In this document: piece by piece, positions 12,964 through 26,130 of the stretch
How the letters are laid out: the number at the start of each line of letters is the position of its first letter
Position numbering within the stretch: position 1 is the first letter of the stretch
Assembly (NCBI GenBank): GCA_973895155.1
Contig: OZ316892.1
Span: 2,297,223-2,361,222, forward strand
Direction: 5' to 3'
Source: Marsupella aquatica
Taxonomy: Eukaryota; Plantae; Marchantiophyta
Length of the DNA stretch: 64,000 nt
Position numbers and translations under genes: made by a program
Notes under the pieces: model-generated
The model's input: the letters and a program-made list of their open reading frames with translations, nothing else
Database searches by the model: none
What the model was told of the DNA's origin: nothing

Positions 12964-15900
12964 AGGGCTAACCTTTGTTGGTAAATCCAAGATTACAGCT
13001 CTAATGCAATCAATCTACTTCACGTTCCAAGATTGACCACTCTCCTCCAACAGGGCCTTGGTACTCCTGATCGGTGACATTGTCTTCCCACTACATATGA
13101 CTCTAACTCCAAATTCTTTAGATATTGTAACATGTGGACAATTATTATGGAAACGTTTGATTTTGTTTTGCAATGAATCTGACTCCCTCAATATTACCCA
13201 CAGATAGTGAGTGAAGGTAAATTGCAAATGCAATCCACCTCTAGATGTGATCTCAGATGTGATAAGGCTGCACCTACAATCAGAAGCAGGGTTGCAGACA
13301 GCTGGAGAGCCAAGGTTAAGAGACAACCCAGAATGATGCTATAGTGAAAAGTTGCAAATGAAGTTCAGGTTGTCAGGCCTATGTACATGGCTATTGGTGC
13401 CTCCCTAGGGTCCATGGCATGCCCTGGAAAATACCTGGCATGCCTGCCAATCTTTGGGTACATCATGCATTTTGCAGCTCCCGGTTTCATTTGCCTAAGT
13501 TAGGGCCATCTTCAGTTATCATCCCTAGAGGTTGAGTTTATGTGTTCTTGACGCAAAACCCATTTGTTTGGGGCACCTTGAGCTTAGTTTGATCCCAAGT
13601 AGTTGAGTTGAGTTGAGTACTATTAGTTTTTCTTGAATTATTGTTGAGGCCGAGCAATTTGGCCATAGCTTGCCATAAATTCCTTAAAAAAAAGTTATAA
13701 AATATTTAGTAGATGCTCCTGGCCAATCTTGGCATCCCAATGGTTTACACTTGATTTCAGTACACTCAGAATGCCTTTTTCTTACGCAGATGCTCACACT
13801 TCCAATATGTACATACCAGTTCACTATGTACATTTTTTTTTCATTATTCCATTTTGTTTTGCATTGTGTGGACTTGATTGTTTCACCGCTTGTTTAGCAT
13901 AAGTTTATGCATGCTAGAAGTCACAACAAGGTGTAAGTCCTAGAGGGGTCCATGATTGGGGTAGGGCAATTAGTTGTGATCCAAAGTCTATTCAAAACTG
14001 GGGCCACAGGTGTTTCATATACTCTCAAAAAGATGACGATCCATTGATAGATCATGGGTGGATCTTCTTTAATTTTCAGGCCAAATATAAAACACAAAAG
14101 CCCAAAACCATGGACATAGACACTTAAAAAAAAACCAATGTTACGCAGTCAGTGATAATGAGAGAACCAAGAGAACTCGCCAAGCTTGTCATATGATAAA
14201 GGGAGGGTGCTAAACATTATGATGTACATTCAGTAAACGATCTGTTGACTTGCGTGCATGGGAATTGAGATGAGACTGATTCATTCGGTCAGGGTGTCAT
14301 CACCCCCCCATATAGTATCTGGAAGTGTATTACTTCATGAGTAGCATTGAAAGGTACAATTTTCTAATTTGACTTAATTCACGACCCAATACCGTGTGAC
14401 TCTTCAATTCCACCCTGACTAGAATGACCTTTGCATAAGTGCACCTCATGCAAGTACAATCCATCCCTTGTTTACAGCACCGGAGACCGGAGGAGCTTCT
14501 TCCCTAATATTTATTGTGGGAAGTGTAGTTTTCATTTGTACTTTTACAAGTACAATGAAACCTCACTAAAAGATTGATTTACAAGTGCGATTCCCGCTGC
14601 TTGTTGACTCCTTATCCAAGAGAGTACAGATTGCATTTTCCGATAATTGCTGTGGGAGTGTTGCCGTGGGAGTGTTTGGAAGAGTGGTTGCACTAATGCA
14701 AAATGTACTACATATGTCCTATGGTGCCTTATTACCCTAATTGTTGGGAGTTACCCTTAGCCTAATTATAGTTAACTGATTTAAAATTATGGTTAACTCA
14801 AAGTTGACTGGGTTAACTCTATTTTATTATAAACTCCAGCAAGTGTTTGTTTGTGTGAAGGAACTCATGTTTCATTGTTGCAAAGTCAATTGAGAAATAG
14901 GGATAACTTGTGCTATGGAAACTTGATGTTGTTAATGGGTTTAAAAAATAAAAAATAAAAAATATTGTTAATGGGTCTAAAATCAATAAAACTCTTGTGT
15001 GTTCCTGTGAACATACCTTATTGGACATGAACCTCCTAACTCTATATGTTTATTACTTGTTCTTTGGAGTGTCATGTGCATGCCATTGCAAGTTGCGTCT
15101 TGTTCAATACCAATCCTTCTGGGATACTCTTGCATGGACTCCATGAACAAGGAGTGGTGTAGGGTAATTCTAAACCTTAGAGGCGGTTGTGGGCTGTAAT
15201 TGCCAAGGACAATGAGCTGTACTAGGGGGTTGCAGTCATGGGCCAAAAACAGACCATGGGTTAGCAGTTGTAAGCCTTGACATTCTTTTTCCACATTAAA
15301 TAGCCAACTTTTGATACTACCGTAGGTGAGGCTGCCTGACAATTATAAGACATGGAACCCCAGGCCAGCATGAAGAGGGGGTTGGAGACTTGGAGGCCCT
15401 GACTTTTCCCTGATTTTCAGCAGCTAGGTGTCATAGTACCAGCTATAGTGGTGCTGCCACATATTGTCTTATTTAGATTTCACAGGTCAAGAATTGAAGG
15501 GCCTGAATTGGTTTGGCAGTATACATGCCTTCAGGGACAAGGAGATTCAAGCATACAATTCTCTGTGAATGTTGGAATGTCATCCTTTAGCTAAAGGTCA
15601 GAATATGAAGGTTTGCTCAAATGCAAGCAAGTTGGCTCTCAGGACGGGGAACCTCCCCTAAACTAGAAAGTAAAAACTACATGAAGGGTTTAGTCAAGAC
15701 ATTTATTTGATGGACCTCCAACCCCATGAGTGATCCAGCCAGTTTATAGACCCTAAACGCAAAACCTCAAGTCCTGGTTGGGAGAAAGCTTTGGCTTGGG
15801 GGTCCATCATGTAAACTGTATCCGGGTGTAGTGGCCTGACACTCCGACTACTGTACTCCACCAGTAATAAGAAATGAGAGATAGATTCACCAACGAATTC

Positions 15901-18875
15901 GTCCACAATAGTTGCACCTTTTTTTGTTTTGTGCCCCCAAGCATGGAGGTGAGTGTGTTAATACTACAATGTAAAGCCCTTGCCACTGCCTAGGGTAGCT
16001 TGCACTTATGAAGAGTTCACTGTCCTGTAAACAAGGTTCTTTCTGCGCCCAAGGCAAGGCGTTAGGTGCCCCACGACACAGAATTTTACTAACTTAATAT
16101 CTGGGAGTAAATGCACCTCGGAGCCCCATCAGCGATAGCATATTGCCATATTGGCATGAATGACCCAAATTAAGGAAGTCAATATCGACGGCTCAGAGAT
16201 CCCCTCGAACTCGGACGCACGCCCCCTCGACCCTAATCTCGCCGCTCTCTGGTGGCCACGACAACAATTTAGTAATTTATGGTGCTGAGTGCTGAGCCCT
16301 GACATGCCAGGGTTTAAGGAATGTTCCTTCTTTTAAAACTCTTAATTTAATTAATGACAGTTAACTCTCTAGAGATTAATGAACGCTGGAAGGACGCGCC
16401 GCCCTCATAAAAAGCTGCGGACATGCTCACCTGTACGGAATACCTATATACGGAAATCATGAAAATGAGTATATCAGTATATGTGCTTCCATTTTCCAGA
16501 GTTTTGTAGTCAATGGGAGCGATGATTGCTTTTTTTGTCGTTTTAGAAGGGGTGCTTTGCATAAAGCAACCCTCGGACTGACTGCCCTCGCATTCCTCGC
16601 AAGGTCCCCCCTCCTCGTTCCAGCTAGCCAGCCATCTCCAAAATTTGGGTACTTTTGGTTAAAAGAACTTTTAAATATTGAACCTATCCTTACACTGACG
16701 TTTACTTTCATGAGTCATTTGGTGCAACTTTGAACCAAAACTTTCAAAAAAATTCTGAATGTGTACTAGCCTTAAACGCGTGATGCCTTTGCATATGAGT
16801 TCAAACCTTTTGACCAAGTCTACACCATAGTTATGTAACACCATGTATGGTAACCATGTAATCAACATTAGAAGACACTTGTCCAAATGCTGTGCAGAGC
16901 ATCTAAAGTTCTAGAATCTTTTTCGTCCTCCCCGCCATTGAGAACAATTTCACAAGTTTGGCAATCCATAGATCCAATTCAGCTCGCCCTTTCCCCATAA
17001 TCCAATAATGTACAATCTAATCTACTTGCAAAAGAAATATACCTGATTAAATCAACATCCCCAGTCTTCTTGGGGCCCGTACTCTGCCCGTCACAAATCC
17101 CAAAGTTGCTACCCGCAAGCCAGCTTGACTGTCAATCGCCGTTCTGGCAAACTCTAAATGTATTAACCTCTGATCCATCAACGGACGGATAAGTTCCATT
17201 CTTTTTGAATTTGGTGCCCTTTAGGGCGCGGGACATTCCAGCCTTGAACATCCACGTCACACGAATGCAAACAACAAACATAGGTGCACAACTGCAATAA
17301 CCCTTATAGTTGGGCGATTTCAGGGTTACTAGAACAGTCACATGAACGCGACAACCCTTATATTTGCGCAAACGCAGGGCTGCCAGAACAGTCACACGAA
17401 TACAAGCAACAAACCACAATGACAAAAATTGAGAATTAACAAGGGACAAAAATAGAGGGATTTGAAAAATAGAGGGATTTTCGGCAGGATTTGACAAATG
17501 GACGAGATAGCCCCCGCAAACCCCAAGAATTTATGGCATCCCCAGACCCAGCTGAGCTCAAGAGGATGTATTCCTCACTGAAAGCTTTCCAACGCACCCA
17601 AGAAGTCCTCCAACGGACTTCCCGTTGAGAATTTATCGTTGTTTCCATTTGACATCCAAGAGAAATGTAATATACTAGTTTGGCTACCCATCCATTGAAC
17701 GTGAATAGAGATGAGGGTAAAAAAGTGTTGACCCTTTAGGGTTTAGGGTTTTAACCTAAAGAGAAGAAGGGCTGCCGTTTCACCATAGCCCTTGACCCTC
17801 AATGACATAACGGACAGCTTCACGAGGGGCCTCCCTAATCCATTGACTCTCTTCACATGCGGGCCCTACTCGACAAACTCTCTTCACAGGATATACTTAT
17901 TTCAAATGCGGTGCAATTTATTCCGGCACTACTCCACCCCCATTAATTCTCATTTTTCATCCCCACCCCTAATTTGATTATTGCCCCCTAAGTCATTGAA
18001 CATAAGTAGAGACCAAGATGATAAAGAATATTGTAAAAAACCAGTATGTGGGTCTAGTTGTGAATTGTTTAGTAACATCATTGAGCTTTAAATTTCCAAC
18101 CACTTTTCTCTCAATTGGACTCTACCAAAAGAAAAGTTGTTTGATGTGATAAGGGAAGGTGGGGGAGGGAGAATTAGGATGTAGGGTTCTTTTACAAGTG
18201 CATCATCCATAACAACATTGTTGAGAGTAGCAAGAGTTAACAACTTGTTGATACTTAACTCAAGCAAGTGGTTAAATAGGTTAACTCTCCTAACACAATG
18301 TACTATACCATGAATTAGTGCTGCTAAGGTTAGACTAGTGGGGAGGGCCTATACCTTGGAGGAACACTTCATTGTGCCCACACTAGATATCAATGGTGAA
18401 GAGTTGGAGAGTGGAGAGAGAGAAGAGTATAGTGTTATGGAGCTCAGCATGTGATTTGTCAAGCTATGGCCAATGTATGGTGTTAATATATTTAGTCAAT
18501 TTTTCCTTTTGGTCAAGGACGCACCCTAAACAGGGTGAATCAAACTTCTTTAAGTCAATAATGATAGATTATGCGTTGTACCCTGGTTCCTCAACACAAC
18601 TAGCAATAAGGATGTCCATTCATATGCGAAAAGACATTCATTTCACAACCCTTCACCTATCATGGAAAGAGTTATGAGGTTTAATTTATTTCTAGTTCTT
18701 CCATGCCACATTGATTTGTAGATTGATTGAATTTTTTCTTTTTTTTGGAATAAAGGGGGAAAGAGGGTGAGGACCCCTCAAACCCAAATAAACAAGAGAG
18801 CAAGCACTCCTATAATGAATACTGTTTTTCTTTAGGTCCTCCTAGGTCAGATCTGTTTGGGTCAAATCAGCTTAG

Positions 18876-19278
18876 TGTTGGGTATTTACTCTTACGTCTA
18901 GGTTAGGTATGACGTGGTTGGTACAACAACGTGGGTTGGTACAACTACGTGGTTAGGTACAACTACGTGATTAGGTACAACTATGTGGTTAGGTACAACT
19001 ACGTGATTAGGTACAACTAAGTTGCACACTATATCATAAGAGGCATGTGTGCTTGGAGAGGTAGAACCAAGGCTCATTGTTATGGAGCCACTTGAGAGAT
19101 AAGGAGAGCTTACACTGTGGAGACTCGGTATAGCCGACGGGCTTAGAGTTCAGTAAAGCTCTCTTGTGTGTTCCCGTGGATGTAGCCTCAAGGAGGTGAA
19201 CCACGTATCTCTTGTGTCGACTATTGTGCGTTGGATGGTTCATGGGCTTGCCGTTGCGATCGTCGTCTATGCTCAACA
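18876..19278 (+). repeat. 5' LTR (403 bp) with an internal 18-bp tandem array
   Basis: Nearly identical to 24770-25173 (about 4 substitutions and one 1-nt indel by eye). Unit GTACAACTACGTGGTTAG repeated about 5.5 times at about 18921-19020. Confidence 0.97.
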
Positions 19279-19280
19279 AT

Positions 19281-19292
19281 TGGTATCAGAGC
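19281..19292 (+). other. Primer binding site complementary to the 3' end of initiator tRNA-Met
   Basis: TGGTATCAGAGC lies two nt after the 5' LTR end; this is the canonical plant tRNA-iMet PBS. Confidence 0.95.
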
Positions 19293-20431
19293 ATGCTTGG
19301 GAGGTGATGTGTGTTCGTGACGGGATTTCATGACGGTTTTTCCAGCGTTGAGTGTTGGTGGATTTCCCATAGTTCCGTCGCATAGAACTTAGAGTTTATG
19401 GGCTCAACGGATAGATCAGGGCAAGAGCTTTCTAACGGTGTGAAGAAATCGTTGAACGGAGCTCGTGGTGCAGAGAGATCTAAGTTTTTATCGTTCTGGA
19501 TTTTGTGAAGAAAGTTGGCAATCGACTCGGAGGGAGAAGCGTCAAGTGTTTTGACTCAACGGAGAGATTGAGGCAAGACGATTGTTTTGAGTCCGGGATT
19601 GGCTCTTTGATGCAAAGAGGAAGGCTAAGCAAAATCAATTACCTTGTTGGACTTGGTGACGGCACCAAGTGCAATTGATCAACATTCGTTGTTGACAAGG
19701 TACCATTTTTTTCTCTTTGAAAAACTGATTCGAAATTGGCTATGGCAATTGAGAGAAATCTGTCATCTTTACTAATTTTTTTCTCCCTTGTTCTTTCCTC
19801 GTTTTGGGTGCTTCTTATATCGATCTTCACCGCCTCGGAGTCTAGTTTCCAAATCTGAAATCAGATCTTGATTTCATCAAAACCCGAGTGAGATATCTTG
19901 CGTTTGGTGTCGAGGGGTACATTTTGCCGTGTGTATTTTCTGCGCGCGCGACCAGATTTCGACGACGAAGGGTGGTAGGGGGTTTTGGGGGTTCGAGGAC
20001 ACGTGTCAGCCCCTCGATTGTTCTTCCAAAATTCCCACAGGGCCTGTACAAGGGTCATAGAATATTCCAAAAAACCAGAGAGCTATTTTTTGACCGTCCG
20101 ACAAAGATTTCATCCGTCGAACGGTAACTTTTTTGGTTATTTTTCGGCGAGGTCGTAGCCATTGAAGTTGGCAACGCGGCGCACCAATCACATCGCAATT
20201 CCGACAACGGATTGTACTTGGTATTTCGGTTATTCCCTGAGGTGGTCAAAACGGGGGAGTTTCCCAAGGTTTTACCCACCTCGACCAAAATTTGAATAAC
20301 TTTTCCGTCAATTTTTGATTTTGATTTCGGTTTTCAATATTGGACTCCTAGCTTTGTGGGCTACGCGGCGGTGTTGAGTTTCGAGTTTTTTGAGAAGTTG
20401 TGAAAAACAACATTTTTTGTGATTTTCTCAT

Positions 20432-23400
20432 ATGAGTGATTCGGAGGAGTTTTTCGAAGACGTGGAACTTGAAGCACGAGGATCACCACGGAGGTTTCAG
20501 GGGCAGAGAGAGGAGCAGGAGGAAGAGCACGTGACACCGATACCATCACCGGTGCGGCGTGTGGTGGAGGAAGCAGTACTACTACCGAAGCTCACGGTAG
20601 TGCCAAAGAAGAAGATGGGGACTTTCAAGCTTGGGGGACCCAAGTATGAAGTGACAAAGTATGATGGGCGCTCTGACTACTTGCTATGGGAGAAGCAGGT
20701 GAAGGGAGTGCTCTATGCGTCAGGGATGGGCCAACTGTTGAGCCCTCGTGAAGACGATGTTGATGAGAAACAATGGGACCGCATGCAGGAGCAGGGAGTG
20801 TGGTGTGTTACACTCTATCTCATGCCTCCCATCATCAAACACTTGGGTGCACATAAGGATTGCATGTCCTTGTTTGCAGAATTGCAGAGCAAGTATCACC
20901 ACAAGGAGTTGTCGAACCGGCTCTACACTTCCTACAAACTGATGAGTTTCAGGATGAAGGACTCCGGTACAAAGTTGCAAGACCATGTGGATGCTTTCAA
21001 CGACATGGTCATTGACTTGGAAAACCTTGGGGAGACTTTGAATGATGAGACGAAGGCTCTACAGCTTCTTAGTTCATTGCCTCCATCTTACCAGTCCCTA
21101 TCACGAGTGTTGTTGCATCGTGATAGGATACCATTTCATACAATGACGTGGTAAGTTCTCTGCTTAGTGATGATCTTCAGCAGAAGATGCACATCACGTC
21201 ACAGCCTTCATCATCTGGTGCTGCCCTCAATGTTAACTGTGGGAGGAGTATGCAGCGACCAACTGGGGACCGTAGAACCCAGTTTAGATCTAAATCCAGA
21301 TCTAAGTCCAAGGGTAAATCCCCTCAGAGGAGGCAGGTGACATGTTGGAAGTGCAACCAAGTTGGACACTTCAAGCGAGACTGTAAGGGAAAGGCAGCGG
21401 AAACTTCATCGGCAAATGTGGCTAGGGCTGATGGAGAAGCTGATTTACTCAATGATGAGTATGTTTTATGAAGCCAGGGGTATGCCCTGTGCACGTCATC
21501 TAGGAGAGCAGATGATGTGTGGATTCTTGATTGTGCTTGCTCTTTTCATATTTGTTACATTCGTGAGTTTTTCAATTCTTACTCTGTTTCAAACGGTTCA
21601 GTTCTGATGGAAAATGATCACTCCTGTCAAATTGAGGGAATTGGGTCTGTGAAAATTCAAATGTTTGATGGCGTTGTGCGCACAGTGTCCGAAGTCAGGT
21701 ATGTACCTGGCATGCGTAAGAATCTGATTTCACTCGGTGTGTTGGATTCAAATGGTCATCAATGGAGCGTTATTGATGATGAACTTCAAGTCAGGTCGGG
21801 AGAGTCAGTGATTTTGAAGGGGAGCAGACAAAATAATTTGTATGTGTTATAGGGCAATACTGTATGTGGAGAGGCCAATGTAACCAAGTCTCACGAGGAG
21901 ATGACTCAACTGTGGCATTCACGGCTAGGCCACATGAGTGAGAAGGGTTTGGCTATCTTACGGAAGAATGGACTCATTTTTGATTTGCAATAGTGTAAAT
22001 TAGAGTTCTGTGAGCATTGTATTCTTGGAAAGCAGCATCGTCGTGCTTTTGGTGTTGGAACTCATCGTTCCAAAGCGGTTCTTGAGTACATACATAGTGA
22101 CGTGTGGGGTCCATCCCCGACTCCCTCACACTGTGGAAAGTTATACTATGTATCATTTATTGATGATTACTCAAGATTTGTGTGAATTTATTTCATGACG
22201 CATAAGTCTGATGTCTTGTCCATTTTTAAGAAGTGGAAGGCCCAGGTGGAGAATAAGACTGGAAACACGATCAAGTGTTTGGATACAAGGGTGAAGAGTC
22301 TGAGGTCAGACAACGACGGGGAGTACACTTCAATGGAATTTGAAGAGTACTGTTCAGAATAGGGGATAACTCGTCATCTCACCATAGTTTATACTCCGCA
22401 ACAGAATGGTGTCGCTGAGAGGCTCAATCGGACACTGTTGGAGCGATCACGGAGTATGTTGAGCCAATCAGGTTTACCACAAGAATTTTGGGCAGAAGCT
22501 GTGAATACCGCAGCTTATTTGGTAAATCTTTCTCCTTCTAGTGCTATCAATTTCAAAACGCCGTTTGAGATGCGCTATAAGCGGCAAGCAGACTATCATG
22601 GCTTGGTAGTTTTTGGAAGTGATGCATATGCTCTCACACCGAAGCAAAATAGGACCAAGTTGGATCCTACCTCCAAGAAATGTGTTTTTCTTGGGTACCA
22701 GAGTGGTGTGAAAGCCTATAGGCTATGGGATCCTATTGCCTGTAAGCTCATTGTCAGTAGGGATGTTTCCTTCAATGAATCCAGATTATTGAAGGAGGGG
22801 GAGAATACTCAGGTCTCCCGTACTGACAAAGGAAAATTTCATATCCCGGATCTCGTTGAGGGGGAGATTGGTTATGAAGTGCATGACCGGAGAGAAGGAG
22901 TTGCTTCAATTATGGAGCTGGTTCCTGTGCCAGAGGAACCAAAGGAGTTTGTTGATGCTGGTGAGCAGCAAGTGGATGCTGTTGAGCTTCAAATTGTACC
23001 AGTAGACGCAATTCAACCGGAGTCATCGGCTAGAAGAACATCTGGTCGTACTGTACGCGCTCCTCCTAGGTATGGACAGTGGGTTGATTCATCTCAACTG
23101 CAAGAGGATGATTTTGTAGCTGATGATGAGGGTGATGCGTTAATTTTGGAAGAAGGGAATAATTCCACAGGAGGTGGATCAAAGGTCTACAAGGCTAGGT
23201 TGGTAGCAAAGGGATTCACACAAGAGAAAGGTGTGGATTACAATGAGGTCTTCTCACCAGTTGCTAAGTACTCTACAATACGACTATTGTGTGTACTTGT
23301 TGTAATGTTTGGTCTGCTGCTAGATCAGATGGATGTTGTCACAGCTTTCCTCTATGGCACATTGGAAGAGGTGATCTTCATGAGACAACCGCTAGGTTTT

Positions 23401-24579
23401 GTGAAGAGAGGACAGGAGGAATTGGTTTGCAGATTACTGAAATCCTTGTATGGGTTGAAGCAGTCACCAAGACAGTGGAACAAGCGGTTTGACGATTGGA
23501 TTCGGTCACAAGGTTTTCACAGAAGTGTATTTGACCCTTGTGTGTATTTGAAACCGGTGAAGAATGTTGTCTTTGGGTTCATTGTTTTAGTACTTTATGT
23601 GGATGACATACTAATTGCAGCCAAGGATAGGTCTGAGATTGTTAAGCTCAAGGCACTGCTTAGTGCAGAGTTTAAGATGAAGGACTTAGGGCCAGCTAAG
23701 AGGATTTTGGGTATGAAGATCACTAGGGACTTGGAGGCTGGCAAGCTATGGTTGACGCAGAGCAGTTATGCGAGGAAGGTAATTGCAAGGTTCAACATGG
23801 GGAATAGCAAGCCAGTAAGTACCCCGTTGGCTCCACACTTCAAGTTATCATCAGCGTTCTGTCCTACGGATGACACAGAGAAGGGGTTGATGTCAAAGGT
23901 TCCGTATGACAAGGCAGTGGGGAGTCTCATGTATTTGATGACTTGCACTAGACCTGATCTTGCCATGGCTATGGGCAAGGTGAGCAGGTACATGTCGAAT
24001 CGAGGAAAGGTACACTGGGAAGCAGTGAAGTGGATTATCAGGTACTTGAAGGGTACCGTGGATCATGGTCTTTTATTTGATGCGAATGCAAAGAATGCTA
24101 GATCATTGATTGGCTATGTAGATTCTGACTATGGACAAGATTTGGACCGAAGGAGATCAACAACAGGATACGTGTTCACACTTGGCGGTGGATGCATAAG
24201 TTGGAGGTCTACTTTGTAGAAGTGTATTGCTCAGTCTATTACAGAAGCGGAGTATGTTGCAGCTGCGAAAGCAGCAAAGGAAGCGATTTGGTTGGATAGA
24301 CTTATCACTGAAATGGGATTGCCACAGGGGAATGTGAAGCTCCATTGTGATAGTCAAAGTGCGCTCCACCTTGCTGTGAACCAGGTGATGGACAGCAGAG
24401 TGAAGCACATTGACGTCAGGCACCATTTTATCAGGCAGGCTGTGTCTGATAATTTGTTTGAGCTAGTCAAGATTGATGGTAAACTCAACCCGGCTGACGC
24501 ATTTACCAAAATGATTCCTTTGGAGAGTTTCTCTAGACACCGTGACGTATTGCAGGTTTTGCAATTGCATCACAAGTAG
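20432..24579 (+). pseudogene. Copia gag-pol polyprotein, disrupted
   Basis: Gag (KYEVTKYDG...LLSSLPPSY), zinc knuckle CWKCNQVGHFKRDC, protease WILDCACSFH, integrase (LWHSRLGH...CEHC, HSDVWGP, RSDN, PQQNGVAER), RT (YKARLVAKGF, QMDVVTAFL, LYVDDILI), RNase H (GYVDSDY, EAEY, KHIDVR). Frameshift at about 21128; in-frame stops at 21469, 21850, 21991, 22183, 22360 and 24217. Confidence 0.95.
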
Positions 24580-24769
24580 AGTTTTCTTAACATTCATTGT
24601 AATTACTGATATATGCTCTTCCTCATTCCTATGTATTAGGCTACGGCTTAGTTCTGGTTTGCTCTAGTTAGAGAGGGAAACCGGTTTGGTTTTTGTCCAG
24701 AACTTCCCGCTGAGGGATCATATACATTGGCAGTATTACTCTCCCCTAGACCAGAGTCAAGGGGAAGAT

Positions 24770-25173
24770 TGTTGGGTATTTACTCTTTACATCTAGGTTA
24801 GGTATGACGTGGTTGGTACAACAACGTGGGTTGGTACAACTACGTGGTTAGGTACAACTACGTGATTAGGTACAACTATGTGGTTAGGTACAACTACGTG
24901 ATTAGGTATAACTAAGTTGCACACTATATCATAAGAGGCATGTGTGCTTGGAGAGGTAGAACCAAGGCTCATTGTTATGGAGCCACTTGAGAGATAAGGA
25001 GAGCTTACACTATGGAGACTCGGTATAGCCGACGGGCTTAGAGTTCAGTAAAGCTCTCTTGTGTGTTCCCGTGGACGTAGCCTCAAGGAGGTGAACCACG
25101 TATCTCTTGTGTCGACTATTGTGCGTTGGATGGTTCATGGGCTTGCCGTTGCGATCGTCGTCTATGCTCAACA
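24770..25173 (+). repeat. 3' LTR (404 bp)
   Basis: Direct repeat of the 5' LTR, preceded by the PPT and followed by the TSD CTTAG. Confidence 0.97.
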
Positions 25174-26130
25174 CTTAGAAGACATTTAATTATGTCTTAT
25201 GTGGCATACTAATCAGACAAATGTGGGCTATCTTTGCCTATTTTTTATTCTTGACCCCATGCTCCATTGGTACTAAGATTTTGCCACAGTATATGGTCAC
25301 CATGTCTATTCTATGAGCTCTAAAACTTTCAACTTTTAAATCAAGTACAAATGAAAGTAAAAAATGCTGGACCCTGCTCTAAGTTTTGAATTCAGCATAT
25401 ATAACATCAGAAAATGTCAATTTGGCTTAGGCAAGGTCGGCTGGGGTTAGATCTGCTTAGGTCAGGTCAACTTAAGGTCACCTTAGATAAAGCAGCTCAA
25501 GTGAAATCATCTTAGGTAAATCACCCTAAGAAGAGAGTTGTGTATAGTGTGGCAAACTGATCATTGGCTATCTTTGTCTCCCGCTTTGTCTATTTTATAT
25601 ATCTTTGAATGTACATTTTGATGTCTCAACTTCAAGTTCCAATGGTGCTCAGCTTTTACCAGAGTATACGGCTATGTCTATACTATTAGATAGTAAACTC
25701 ACACCTTTTTTATCCAATAGAAATGAAATAAAAAATGCACAACGTTGGTAAGAATTTTGAAGTTAGCTTAGATAGATTAGGTTGGCAAAGGTCAACTTGG
25801 CTTAGACAAGGTTTTTTCTGGTCAGATTGGCTCAGTTGAGGTCAGCTCAGGTCTGATCTGCCTGTGTCAACTTGGCTTAAGGTCGGCTTAGGTAAATTTG
25901 CTTAGAAGGCATTTGTGTCACAATATGTGTGTTCAGTGGAAAACTAATCATTGACTAGCTTTGCGTTTGCCTTATTCTTAACTTTTACCTTCATTGGTAC
26001 ATACTAAGATTTTATTAAAATAGACCACCATGTCTATTCTGTAAGTGATAAACTTGGAGTTATTTCTATCCATTGCAATAGAAATGAATTTAAAAAACAC
26101 AAAAATGATCTAAATGATGAAGTTGGCTTA
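25174..26130. repeat. Degenerate tandem repeat of about 350-370 bp (about 3 units), interrupted by the Copia insertion
   Basis: Recurrent blocks (CTTAGAAG.CATTT, ACTAATCA..GGCTATCTTTG, CACCATGTCTATTCT, AGAAATGAA..AAAAAA, GGTCA.CTTAG runs) recur at about 25174, 25527 and 25901. The GGTCAG/CTTAG-rich block also lies left of the 5' LTR at 18835-18875. Confidence 0.6.

Larger units (their letters stand above)
18876..25173 (+). mobile_element. Full-length Ty1/Copia LTR retrotransposon (Tork/Tnt1-like), coding region disabled
   Basis: LTRs at 18876-19278 and 24770-25173 (TGTTG...CAACA). 5-bp TSD CTTAG at 18871-18875 and 25174-25178. PBS TGGTATCAGAGC at 19281-19292, PPT AAGGGGAAGA at 24759-24768. 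Domain order gag-PR-INT-RT-RH. Confidence 0.98.

Noticed and set aside
17735-17751. TTTAGGGTTTAGGGTTT telomere-like motif
   Set aside because: Only about 2.5 units; common as a telobox or by chance, and no linked gene was identified.
21469-21471. In-frame TGA at the gag/protease boundary as a programmed readthrough site
   Set aside because: The element has many other random stops and lacks a CARYYA readthrough context; simple mutation suffices unless sibling copies share it.
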